Below, one piece after another: positions 18,630 to 27,075 of a DNA stretch of 64,000 nt. How positions within the stretch are numbered: position 1 is the stretch's first letter; each line of letters starts with the position of its first letter. The stretch is from an uncultured Acidobacteriaceae bacterium. Lineage in GTDB: Bacteria > Acidobacteriota > Terriglobia > Terriglobales > Acidobacteriaceae. Below the pieces are notes generated by a model. The model was not told where the DNA came from, searched no databases, and worked only from the letters and a program-made list of their open reading frames with translations. The translations under genes were made by a program, and so were the position numbers. The DNA is taken from contig CAWITH010000035.1 in the NCBI GenBank assembly GCA_963838935.1, positions 84,536-148,535 on the forward strand, in the 5' to 3' direction.

Positions 18630-18719
18630 TTAGGTCGGCAGCCTCCCCGCGCCAGTGCACACGCACACGCAACAACAACAAGCGCAGACGCACATCGCGG
18701 AAAGATGCCGACTTGACAT
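18630..18719 (-). CDS. candidate poly-cysteine leader peptide (MSSRHLSAMCVCACCCCVCVCTGAGRLPT)
   Basis: Short ORF with two in-frame ATGs (18719, 18695), 8 Cys codons within 12 codons, and a TAA stop at 18630-18632. It lies between a promoter-like sequence and the terminator, upstream of a cysteine-biosynthesis operon. Confidence 0.5.
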   Translation of the reverse strand: MSSRHLSAMCVCACCCCVCVCTGAGRLPT

Positions 18720-18729
18720 AGTGATTTGC

Positions 18730-18758
18730 ATTCCAGGTTGACCAATTCCAACGGTCAA
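18730..18758 (-). promoter_or_regulatory. sigma70-like promoter candidate for the Cys leader / sir operon
   Basis: Minus strand TTGACC-N17-TGGAAT. The -35 hexamer is part of a 7-bp inverted repeat (TTGACCgttggaattGGTCAA). The predicted start site is only a few nt upstream of ATG 18719. Confidence 0.3.
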
Positions 18759-18874
18759 CAAGCTTCGATAGGGGCTTGGACGCATAACTTCGATCCCGCG
18801 ATTCAGAATTTTTCGCGCCATCCGTTCACGGCGCGGGGGGCAGGAGATAATCCCGGGCTGCCCAGTCAGAAAAA

Positions 18875-19891
18875 TTATCTCGCGTATCCGTCTGGATGAG
18901 TGCGATGCCACTGCCACGCGCTTTCAACGATCGTTTTCAAATTCGGAAATTTCGGCTGCCAGCCCAAGTCGCGACGAATTTTTTCCGAGCCGGCAATTAA
19001 CGCTGCTGGATCTCCAGCGCGGCGAGGCGATTCGATCACCGGGATGGCATGCCCGGTAACCTCCCGCGCCACTTCGACGACCTGGCGCACGCTGAATCCC
19101 TGCCCGTTTCCCAGGTTATAGATGAGCGGACTGGAATTCTCGCGCGCATCCTCCAAGGCATCGAGCGCCAGCAGGTGCGCCCGCGCCAGATCGCTGACGT
19201 GGATGTAATCGCGGACGCAGGTGCCATCGGGCGTCGGATAGTCTGTCCCGAAAATGTTCACGTGTTCCGCGCGGCCGAGGGCGACTTGCAGAATCCGCGG
19301 GATGAGATGCGTCTCCGGCTGGTGCGCTTCCCCTTTGTCTGGACGGGAAGCGCCGGCAGCATTGAAATACCGCAGGCTGGCATAGCGCAGGCCGTGAATC
19401 TGGTGGAACCAGGCCAGCATGCGCTCCACCAGCAGCTTCGATTCACCGTAGGCATTCGTTGGATGGATGGGATCATCCTCCCCAATCGGAGTGCGGTCGG
19501 GATTGCCAAACAGCGCGGCCGTCGACGAAAAAACGAAACGTTTGACCCCAGCGGCCAACATCGCTTCAAGCAGCGTCAGCGCATTCGCCGTGTTGTTGCG
19601 GAAAAATTCTTCCGGAGCCTTCATCGACTCGCCCGCTTCGATCAGCGCCGCAAAATGCATGACGGCTTCGATCCCGCGCAATCGGAACACCTGGTCAAGG
19701 TGATGGCGGTCCGCCAATTCGCCTACGATCAGTTCAGCGTTCTTCGGCACTGCCTGACGATAGCCGCGACTCAGGTTATCGAAGACGACAACCTGGTGCC
19801 CTGCCTGCAATAGCTCCTCAGCAACCACGCTGCCGATGTAGCCTGCTCCACCCGTAACTAGAACTTTCATGTTCTGCATGATTTGCCGCAA
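18875..19891 (-). CDS. galE: UDP-glucose 4-epimerase
   Basis: Motifs VTGGAGYIGS and YGESKL (YxxxK); ~330 aa SDR. The probable true start is MKVLV at 19870. Confidence 0.85.
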   Translation of the reverse strand: MRQIMQNMKVLVTGGAGYIGSVVAEELLQAGHQVVVFDNLSRGYRQAVPKNAELIVGELADRHHLDQVFRLRGIEAVMHFAALIEAGESMKAPEEFFRNNTANALTLLEAMLAAGVKRFVFSSTAALFGNPDRTPIGEDDPIHPTNAYGESKLLVERMLAWFHQIHGLRYASLRYFNAAGASRPDKGEAHQPETHLIPRILQVALGRAEHVNIFGTDYPTPDGTCVRDYIHVSDLARAHLLALDALEDARENSSPLIYNLGNGQGFSVRQVVEVAREVTGHAIPVIESPRRAGDPAALIAGSEKIRRDLGWQPKFPNLKTIVESAWQWHRTHPDGYAR

Positions 19892-19930
19892 GCCAGATCC
19901 TAAATTGCTCGGTCAAGATCAGCAAACAAG

Positions 19931-19966
19931 AAAACGTCCCGGAGGAGATATCCGGGACGTTTTTTC
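19931..19966 (-). terminator. bidirectional intrinsic terminator
   Basis: AAAACGTCCCGG-aggagata-CCGGGACGTTTT is a perfect stem flanked by T-runs on both strands. It lies 22 nt downstream of the stop of the 19988-20917 gene. Confidence 0.7.
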
Positions 19967-19987
19967 GTTTCGGATTTGCGCGAAACG

Positions 19988-20917
19988 TCAGTGCGAAATG
20001 GCCGCGAACAACGGCGAGCTCATCAATGATTGGAACTTCTGGTCGTCGCTCTTGAAGTGAATCTGCACGTTCGAGCTGTCGGAATCGACGGTGGTGGCAT
20101 CAATGGCAGTCTTCTCGACCGGACTGGCGTTGAGCTTCTTGTAGAGCATGCCGGCCTTTACGATCGTGGAAAGCGTCGCTGCTGTCATCGAATCGGCCGT
20201 GAGCACGCTTAAATCAAAATTCACTCCACTCGAAAAGTTCATGGTGTAGCGGGAAGCCAGAATGCGTTTCTTGATGGTCTCGTAGTCGGCAACCTTGGCG
20301 GCATCGCCCATCGCCGAATACATCATGGCCTGGGTTCCCTTCTGGTCGAGGATGCTCCACACGGGCTCACTATCAACCGCCGACATCTGCTCCGTCATCA
20401 CCGGATTGGAATCGAGCGACGTGCGCTTGCCGTCGCGGGTATCGAGCGCGCTGTGCAACCCTGCCTCATCGCTAAAGGCCAGTGTGTTGTCGTCCAGAAA
20501 CGTCATCACCAGACCGCTCTCCATCGGATAAATGCTCGCGGTGCCGTATTTGGTGGCCGCGATCTTTTTCACCTTCAATTTCTTGAGAACGGCCTTGGCC
20601 GAGAAGGACCCTTGCGCGATGTAGACGGTCTGAACACCCTTCTTCTCCGTCCGGAACGAGGCGACATCGAGCTGGTCGAGATCGCGCTCGACGTCAATGC
20701 CGATACGCTTCAGGGCGGTCTCGGATTCCTTCACGTTTTCGGGCAGAACTTTTTCTTTGAGCGCCTGTGCGGTAGGAGAATCCTTGAGCGCGCGGTAGTC
20801 GATGCCGAACATCTGCTGAACTTCGGAAGGCACCATGGAACGTGCCGATGAGGCGATCGGCATGGCATAGCCAGCCGTCGTGCACAAAAGCAAAGCCGCG
20901 AAAAACAAATTCTTCAT
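19988..20917 (-). CDS. secreted hypothetical protein
   Basis: Start set at MKNLFFAALLLCTTAGYA, a signal-peptide-like N-terminus. Coding-like composition, no recognisable family. Confidence 0.6.
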   Translation of the reverse strand: MKNLFFAALLLCTTAGYAMPIASSARSMVPSEVQQMFGIDYRALKDSPTAQALKEKVLPENVKESETALKRIGIDVERDLDQLDVASFRTEKKGVQTVYIAQGSFSAKAVLKKLKVKKIAATKYGTASIYPMESGLVMTFLDDNTLAFSDEAGLHSALDTRDGKRTSLDSNPVMTEQMSAVDSEPVWSILDQKGTQAMMYSAMGDAAKVADYETIKKRILASRYTMNFSSGVNFDLSVLTADSMTAATLSTIVKAGMLYKKLNASPVEKTAIDATTVDSDSSNVQIHFKSDDQKFQSLMSSPLFAAISH

Positions 20918-21128
20918 AAATTTCCTCAAAAACGAATTCCTCAAAACGAGTCTGCACGGTTTAGATGCAAACCGCAAAGCCTGCGTTGGCGACCTTTGAC
21001 GGTGTTTAAGCTGTTCTGAGACCATTTTAGTCCCTAAATCCGTGAGGCATGGCGGTAACTAAAGTGCGTCCTCCGCGCTCGGTCTTAGAACGGTCGAACC
21101 GGGGTAGCTTGCGTGGAAAGATGAACGA

Positions 21129-21644
21129 CTAGCGGCTTGGTGGACGGGCAGGAGGGCTACTGTTAGGGACTTCTTTCTCTGTTTCTTTCAACGCCTTAAC
21201 TAAACGGATCAATGCGTCTGCCGCTCTGAGCTGGTCTCCGGGGGACAGGGCGTTCTTGCTGGGTTTACTTTTCAGGTAACCGTAGTTCTCGATGGGTGCA
21301 CCTGATGCTTGCGTCGTGTCGATACTCAGATAGGCTTCTCCAAGTAGCCCCTCGGTATCGATTCCGGCAATCGAATCTTGCGGAATCCTCACTTTGTAGG
21401 TCGTAGTCAGAGCCATTTCGACTTCCGCTGGGCAACTTCTGTCCTGTGGATTGGCTCGAACGCTGCGCACGGTCCCGATTTCCACTCCGGCAATCCGAAC
21501 TGGAGCCCCCACCTTAAGTCCCCCAGCATCGTCAAAGCAGGACTTGATGTCTTGACGGGAATAACGCAGTGGGTTAATAAACAAACTGCCAATGGCAGCA
21601 ACCCCGACGACAATCATCAGCGCGAGGATCGATTTTCTCAGCAC
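21129..21644 (-). CDS. MlaD/MCE-domain protein
   Basis: 171 aa with an N-terminal TM helix and the MCE-domain motif GLKVGAPVRIAGVEIGTVRSV. Confidence 0.7.
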   Translation of the reverse strand: MLRKSILALMIVVGVAAIGSLFINPLRYSRQDIKSCFDDAGGLKVGAPVRIAGVEIGTVRSVRANPQDRSCPAEVEMALTTTYKVRIPQDSIAGIDTEGLLGEAYLSIDTTQASGAPIENYGYLKSKPSKNALSPGDQLRAADALIRLVKALKETEKEVPNSSPPARPPSR

Positions 21645-21646
21645 GG

Positions 21647-23122
21647 TTACACCCTCAGAGCGAGCGCCCGTTTCCGCGTCTCGCTCACAAACCCCTCATC
21701 CTTCAGCGAATCCAGATTGATCTCGACATTCGCCAGCGCGCCTTCGAGTGCGGCTTTTGCCAGAGCAATCGCCGTCGTCAGATCGGATTTCATGTTGGGG
21801 TTGGTAATTGGCTTCAACGCGGCGGCGATCTTCGCCACTTCAACGACTCTTTCGGCAACGCCCAGAGGAACGCTGGTTGCTTGTTTGAGAGCCGCGCCAA
21901 TCGCGGCATCGCCGTCCGAAGATTCTTTGGCCGACTTGTAGGCCTTCATCACGGAATTGTAGGACGCGGCATCAGCGTCGATCGCAACCTTAAGTTCCTC
22001 GCGAAGCTGGCCAAGCCGGGCGATGGCTTCGCTGAGCTGGCTTTCGTACTGCAGATACGCCTTTTTGCCGCGTGACATGGACGCGACCATGCTTGCGAGT
22101 CCCGCGGCCATGGCGCCGCTAGCGGCAGCGGCGCTGCCTCCTCCGGGAGTCGCCGTGGGAGCGGCCAGTTGTTCAATGAAAGGTTCGACCCCGGCGCGCA
22201 GCCCACCGACGGCCATCTTTCCTCCCATCACGGCGGTCAGGCGGTTTTCCAGAATCAGCGAGGAGTCGAAATTTTCTACTTGCAGGAACCATTCCGCTGC
22301 CTGCTCGAGCGCCTTCTTTGGAATAAGTCCCACGATCTCGCTGGAGACTGGGATGACGCCGTAGCGCGCGGCCTCGCGTTTTACGTATTCGAAGACGCGG
22401 TGGATGGGAGTCTGTTCGAAGTCGGTCAGGTTCATCGAGACCTGAGCCATGCCGCGCACCAGGAATCCAGCGCCCTTGACGAAGCGCAGGCCGCCATTCG
22501 AAGCGCGCACCGCCTTCGCGACCTTCTTGGCGATATCAACGTCCGGCGTATTCAGGAAGACGTTATAGGCAATGAGAAATTTGCGCGCGCCGACAACGGT
22601 GGCCCCAGCCGTCGGATGCACGCGAGGTTCGCCGAAATCAGGCTTGCGCGCGGGATTGGTGGCAATTTCCGCGCGGATGCCTTCGAACTGGCCGCGGCGA
22701 ATATTCTCCAGGTTCTGGCGTTCGGGCGTGGCTGCAGCGGCCTCATAGAGATAAACCGGAATCTGGAAGCGCTTTGCGATTTCGGCTCCAACGTGGCGCG
22801 CCATGGCGACGCAGTCTTCGATGGTGACCCCGTCAATCGGGATAAACGGCACGACGTCGGCTGCGCCCATGCGCGGATGCGCGCCTTGATGTTTGGTGAG
22901 GTCGATCAACTCGGCAGCTTTCCCTACGCCGCGAATGGCCGCTTCCTGAATGGCTTCTCGTTCGCCTACCAGCGTGATGACGCAGCGGTTGTGGTCGGAA
23001 TCCATCTCGCGGTCGAGAAGATAGACTCCGGGGATTTTCATGGCTTCGATAATGGCGTCAACTTTGGCCGCGTCGCGGCCTTCGGAAAAATTCGGTACGC
23101 ATTCCACCAGAGTACTGGGCAT
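21647..23122 (-). CDS. ftcD: bifunctional glutamate formimidoyltransferase / formimidoyltetrahydrofolate cyclodeaminase
   Basis: N-terminal VECVPNFSEGRD transferase motif. The C-terminal ~190 aa carry GGGSAAAASGAMAAGLASMV, typical of the cyclodeaminase domain. Confidence 0.85.
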   Translation of the reverse strand: MPSTLVECVPNFSEGRDAAKVDAIIEAMKIPGVYLLDREMDSDHNRCVITLVGEREAIQEAAIRGVGKAAELIDLTKHQGAHPRMGAADVVPFIPIDGVTIEDCVAMARHVGAEIAKRFQIPVYLYEAAAATPERQNLENIRRGQFEGIRAEIATNPARKPDFGEPRVHPTAGATVVGARKFLIAYNVFLNTPDVDIAKKVAKAVRASNGGLRFVKGAGFLVRGMAQVSMNLTDFEQTPIHRVFEYVKREAARYGVIPVSSEIVGLIPKKALEQAAEWFLQVENFDSSLILENRLTAVMGGKMAVGGLRAGVEPFIEQLAAPTATPGGGSAAAASGAMAAGLASMVASMSRGKKAYLQYESQLSEAIARLGQLREELKVAIDADAASYNSVMKAYKSAKESSDGDAAIGAALKQATSVPLGVAERVVEVAKIAAALKPITNPNMKSDLTTAIALAKAALEGALANVEINLDSLKDEGFVSETRKRALALRV

Positions 23123-23371
23123 GGCCTGAAGGATAACGGGCGGAGGTTGGGTGAGGCAACTCCGGCGGAATTCTGAATTTGACAGCGCGCCGCCTCAACA
23201 GGCAGACTTGCGAAACTATACTCAGAGCATATCCCGAACCATGCGCTGCCTGCCTCAACTCTCCGGCCGCGGTTTTACTTGACGATAGTCCCGCCTAAAA
23301 CGTCCGTCGGCCGTTTCCCTGCTCAGTAAGCACTGCTCAAAAAAAGCGATCTGTCCTCGAAAGGATGCCTC

Positions 23372-24392
23372 ATGCTGCGCCAATCTCTGCTTTTCTTGCT
23401 GCTTGTCTTGTCGTTTCTGCCGGCTTTTGCCCAGCCGACTCTCGCTCAGAAGGAGCGCCATTTCAATTTGCACTACGTGTTCACGGTGAAAAATGTCAGC
23501 CCCGGCGAACGGGTACGGATCTGGATTCCGCTGGCCCACTCCGACGTTTTCCAGGATGTGAGGGTCACTTCCAAAAGTGGCGACTTGCCGCTCAGGCAGG
23601 TTCGCCAGTCGGAATATGGGAACGAGGTTCTCTACGCGGAGACGGCGAAAGCAGACAAGGGTGAGTACAAGTTCTCCGTGGATTACGACGTGGTGCGGAA
23701 AGAGCATGTTGTCCTGGTAAACGGAAAGCCGCTGCTTGACACGCCATCCGCAAAAGTGCCGCGAGTCGAGTTGGCGCGATTTCTTGAGGCGGACCGACTG
23801 GTGCCGGTGACAGGAGTTCCCGGCGCAACTGGCCGAGCAGGAAACCAAAGGCGCCACCACACCGCTCGAAAAAGCGCGCGACATTTACGAATACGTTTTC
23901 CACAGCATGAAATATGACAAGACCGGAGAGGGTTGGGGACACGGCGACACGCTCTGGGCCTGCAATTCGAAGCATGGCAACTGCACCGATTTTCACTCGG
24001 TCTTTATTTCAATGGCGCGGTCAGAGAAAATTCCGGCGCGTTTTCAGATCGGCTTTCCACTTCCTGCCGATAAGCACTCCGCCGAGATTCCCGGATACCA
24101 CTGCTGGGCAGAGTTTTATCTGGATTCGACCGGCTGGGTCCCGGTAGACATTTCGGAAGCCTGGAAGCATCCGGAAAAGCACGATTACTTTTTCGGCGCG
24201 CACGACGTGAATCGGGTGCAGTTCACCGAAGGACGCGACCTGAAACTCAAGCCCGCACAGGACGGTCCGCCGCTGAACTATTTCGTGTATCCCTACGTTG
24301 AGGTCGGCAGAAAGGAGTATCCGAATGTTTCCATCGCATTCTCGTTTGAGGATGTCGACTCCACGCCAAAAGAACGCGCCGCCTCGCGGTAG
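23372..24392 (+). pseudogene. transglutaminase-like cysteine-protease-fold protein, frame-disrupted as assembled
   Basis: ORF 23372-23917 holds a signal peptide and N-domain. After a +1 shift near 23811-23816 the frame continues as EFPAQLAEQETKGATTPLEKARDIYEYVFHSMKYDKTG... up to the core motif GNCTDFHSVF. Confidence 0.7.
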
Positions 24393-24480
24393 AAAAATTG
24401 TGGTGTCTGCGGAACTTCGGGCAGTGCTAGAATCCGGATTCGTGGTTGCAGCAGTCAGACCTCAACCGCAGGAGCCCACC

Positions 24481-24756
24481 ATGCCGAAATATGTCATCGA
24501 GCGCGAAATACCCGGCGCCGGCAAATTGACCCCAGAGCAACTGCAGGCGATCTCGCAGAAATCCTGCGGCGTTCTGCAGAAGCTTGGTCCGCAGGTGCAA
24601 TGGCTTGAAAGTTTCGTCACCGACGACAAGATCTACTGCGTCTACATTGCACCCAACGAAGAGATGGTCCGCGAACATGCCCGCCAGGGAGGTTTTCCGG
24701 CCAATCGAATCTCCGCCATCCGGTCCGTCATTGGTCCGACCACCGCGGAAGGTTAA
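24481..24756 (+). CDS. small DUF4242-like protein
   Basis: 91 aa, MPKYVIEREIPGAGKLTPEQL...IYCVYIAPNEEMVREHA. The ATG at 24481 is preferred over the longest ORF, which overlaps the previous gene. Confidence 0.65.
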   Translation: MPKYVIEREIPGAGKLTPEQLQAISQKSCGVLQKLGPQVQWLESFVTDDKIYCVYIAPNEEMVREHARQGGFPANRISAIRSVIGPTTAEG

Positions 24757-24768
24757 ACTCTGTCCATT

Positions 24769-25581
24769 GTGCCCAATTCACGCAGGCCGACTATTGGCGT
24801 TTTTGACTCAGGTGTGGGTGGCCTCACCGTGCTGCGCGCGCTCGTCAACCACGTCCGCGACGCCAGCTATCTCTACTTCGGCGATACCGCTCGCCTGCCC
24901 TACGGGTCGAAGTCAGCGGCTACCGTAGCGCATTACGCGGTTGGAGCGGTTCGCTATTTGCAGGATCAGGGAGCAGAACTGCTGGTGATCGCCTGCAACA
25001 CTGCGACCGCGCTGGCACTCAACGAGATCAAAGCGGCGGCGGGAGTGGAAGTAATCGGCGTGGTTGAGCCGGGAGCCGAGGCGGCGGCGGCGGCCAGCCG
25101 GAAGCGGAACGTGGTCGTCATCGGCACCGACGCCACCATCAGCAGCCATGCCTACCGGCGGGCGCTCGAAGCACGCAACGTCGCCGTGCGCGAGAAGGCT
25201 TGTCCTCTGTTTGTGCCGCTGGTCGAAGAAGGCTGGGTGGAGCATCCGGTCACCGAGCAGGTGGCGAAGATTTATTTGTCGGAAGCGTTTTCAGGCGATG
25301 CAGAGGATGCCGACGTGCTGGTGCTCGGCTGCACCCACTATCCCCTGATCAAGCCCCTTTTGCGCCGAGTGGCGCCGGAGCACATCGCCATCGTGGACTC
25401 GGCCGAGTCGACTGCGCTGCAGGTGGCGCGCCAACTGGAGCGCGAACTGAAGCTTGAGACCAGAGGCATTCCCCAACTCAAGTTCTTCGCCACCGATTCG
25501 GCGGAGAAATTCAAGAAAATGGGAACGCGGTTCCTCGGGCTTGCGGTAGAAGATGTCGTGCACGTGGATTTGAAGGAGTAG
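24769..25581 (+). CDS. murI: glutamate racemase
   Basis: Motifs IGVFDSGVGGLTVL, IACNTA and LGCTHYP. Confidence 0.9.
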   Translation: MPNSRRPTIGVFDSGVGGLTVLRALVNHVRDASYLYFGDTARLPYGSKSAATVAHYAVGAVRYLQDQGAELLVIACNTATALALNEIKAAAGVEVIGVVEPGAEAAAAASRKRNVVVIGTDATISSHAYRRALEARNVAVREKACPLFVPLVEEGWVEHPVTEQVAKIYLSEAFSGDAEDADVLVLGCTHYPLIKPLLRRVAPEHIAIVDSAESTALQVARQLERELKLETRGIPQLKFFATDSAEKFKKMGTRFLGLAVEDVVHVDLKE

Positions 25582-25620
25582 GCGGCGGGAAGACTGTCAA
25601 CTCGCGCCGGTTTTGGGAAG

Positions 25621-25692
25621 GGCACGAGTTTACTCGTGCCGCAAATCGCCGAAAATATCCTGCCCTTTAGCGCCTGAGGTGTGTTTTTTTTC
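25621..25692. repeat. REP-like hairpin followed by a T-tract (possible murI terminator)
   Basis: GGCACGAG-ttta-CTCGTGCC is a perfect 8-bp hairpin (25621-25640). A CCTTTAGCGCCTGAGG segment and a T8 run (25685-25692) follow. Confidence 0.4.
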
Positions 25693-25789
25693 GTTTTCGA
25701 CCAGTTTTTTCGCTGCCACCACAGCCGTGCTTTCGCGCGGCTGGGCAGGTCAGCGCACTTGCCCCTACGCGAGCTTCTTACAGCGGGGG

Positions 25790-26779
25790 TCAGTACAGGC
25801 GGAAAGTGACTTCGACGTTAACCATCGTGGCCACTGGCTTGCCATCTTTCATACCCGGCTCGAATCGCCAGGTTTTCACAGCTTCGATGGCCTTTTCATC
25901 CAGGCCCAATCCTAAAGTGCGAGCTACCCGGATGTCGCGCGGCTTGCCGTCCGGACCGACCACCAGCCAGAGCACGCAAGTACCCTGAAATTTGGCTTTG
26001 CGGGCTTCCTCCGAGTACTCAGGGTCCGGGGCATAAACCGGTTTTGGACTCGAAACGCCGCCGCCCACGCGAAACGCTCCACCTCCGGTGCCGCCGCCGT
26101 GACCAGGGCCGTATCCGGGACCCTCGCCCGAACCGACACCGCCGCCGCTGCCAGTGCCAATGCCACCGCTAGAACCAGTTCCATTCGAAGCCACCGACGG
26201 CAAATGCGACATCGGATCGCCCAGGTCGGGCAGGTTGGGCGAGGGCAAGGGTGGAGCTACGATCGACGGCGGAACTTCAAGCTTTGGTTCCTGGTTTCGC
26301 ACTACCGCCATGGGCGGAGTGATCTGCTGCATCGACTGCTTGGGTAAACGGCCCTGCGATGCCTGTAATTTATCGTGATCGCCGCCACCACCACCGCCGC
26401 CGCTCATGGTCTTTGAGGCTGGCAGAGGAGGAATATCGTCGGGCGCAATCAACACCACGGTCTCCTTCGGCTGGTTGACGATAATCCTCCGGCCCACGTA
26501 GGTACCAGCGATGATGGCTGCCAGCGCCAGCACATGGATAACCGTTGACCCCGCGGCTCCCCGTCCTTTGTAGTTGTAGAAGCCCCAGATGTCGCGCACC
26601 GGGACGGGCTTCGAAGTCAAGACCAGCGGAGGAAGTTTCTTGGGGAAGAAGAAGTCGTCAATGTTGCGAAACAGAGACTTCCATATCGGCTCGTCCAGAG
26701 TCTGATTCTGCAGGAGAAGATTCAGCTCGGGCTCTGGACCCATCGCTGGCGCATTCTGAAGTGTTTCAAGTTCTGCCAT
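25790..26779 (-). CDS. TonB-family energy transducer
   Basis: N-terminal TM helix, Pro/Gly-rich spacer, and a C-terminal TonB domain (GTCVLWLVVGPDGKPRDIRV...AIEAVKTWRFEPG). Confidence 0.8.
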   Translation of the reverse strand: MAELETLQNAPAMGPEPELNLLLQNQTLDEPIWKSLFRNIDDFFFPKKLPPLVLTSKPVPVRDIWGFYNYKGRGAAGSTVIHVLALAAIIAGTYVGRRIIVNQPKETVVLIAPDDIPPLPASKTMSGGGGGGGDHDKLQASQGRLPKQSMQQITPPMAVVRNQEPKLEVPPSIVAPPLPSPNLPDLGDPMSHLPSVASNGTGSSGGIGTGSGGGVGSGEGPGYGPGHGGGTGGGAFRVGGGVSSPKPVYAPDPEYSEEARKAKFQGTCVLWLVVGPDGKPRDIRVARTLGLGLDEKAIEAVKTWRFEPGMKDGKPVATMVNVEVTFRLY

Positions 26780-27075
26780 AGCTTCCCGAGCACTAACCCC
26801 AAGTTGACGGTACAGGCGATCGCTGATTTAGATGCGCGAGCGCTTCTCAGGGCCGACAAAAAAAATTGCCTCTCAAGCGGACGAACCTGCCCGCCCAAAC
26901 GTCTCCCTGTCAGTTAGATGCGCGCAGGTTCCAATCTGGTAAAAATTGTACACGCTTTTTGCAGGAGGGGAACAGTACTTTTAGAATTCGTTCCCGGAAC
27001 CGCCGCCCGAATAGACCTGTACTTCCGCGCTCCCTATATAATGAAAAGATTCAATCAGTTGGGAGAACCTTGCGA

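Noticed and set aside
18781-18840. Hairpin GCGCC-atccgttcac-GGCGC downstream of galE as the galE terminator.
   Set aside because: On the minus strand it is followed by GAAAAATT rather than a T-tract, and on the plus strand by G6. It is not a convincing intrinsic terminator.
25613-25915. 100-aa plus-strand ORF downstream of murI.
   Set aside because: It runs through the REP hairpin and T-tract and then antisense into the TonB-like gene. No motifs are present.
26866-27075. 70-aa N-terminal extension of ileS from a TTG start.
   Set aside because: The extension has no similarity to IleS N-termini. The conserved LPKTGFPMKA begins just after GTG 27076, which has an upstream GGGAGA.
26780-27075. 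T-box or other riboswitch leader upstream of ileS.
   Set aside because: No T-box sequence (AAnnnGGGTGGTACCGCG-like) or specifier/terminator architecture is visible.
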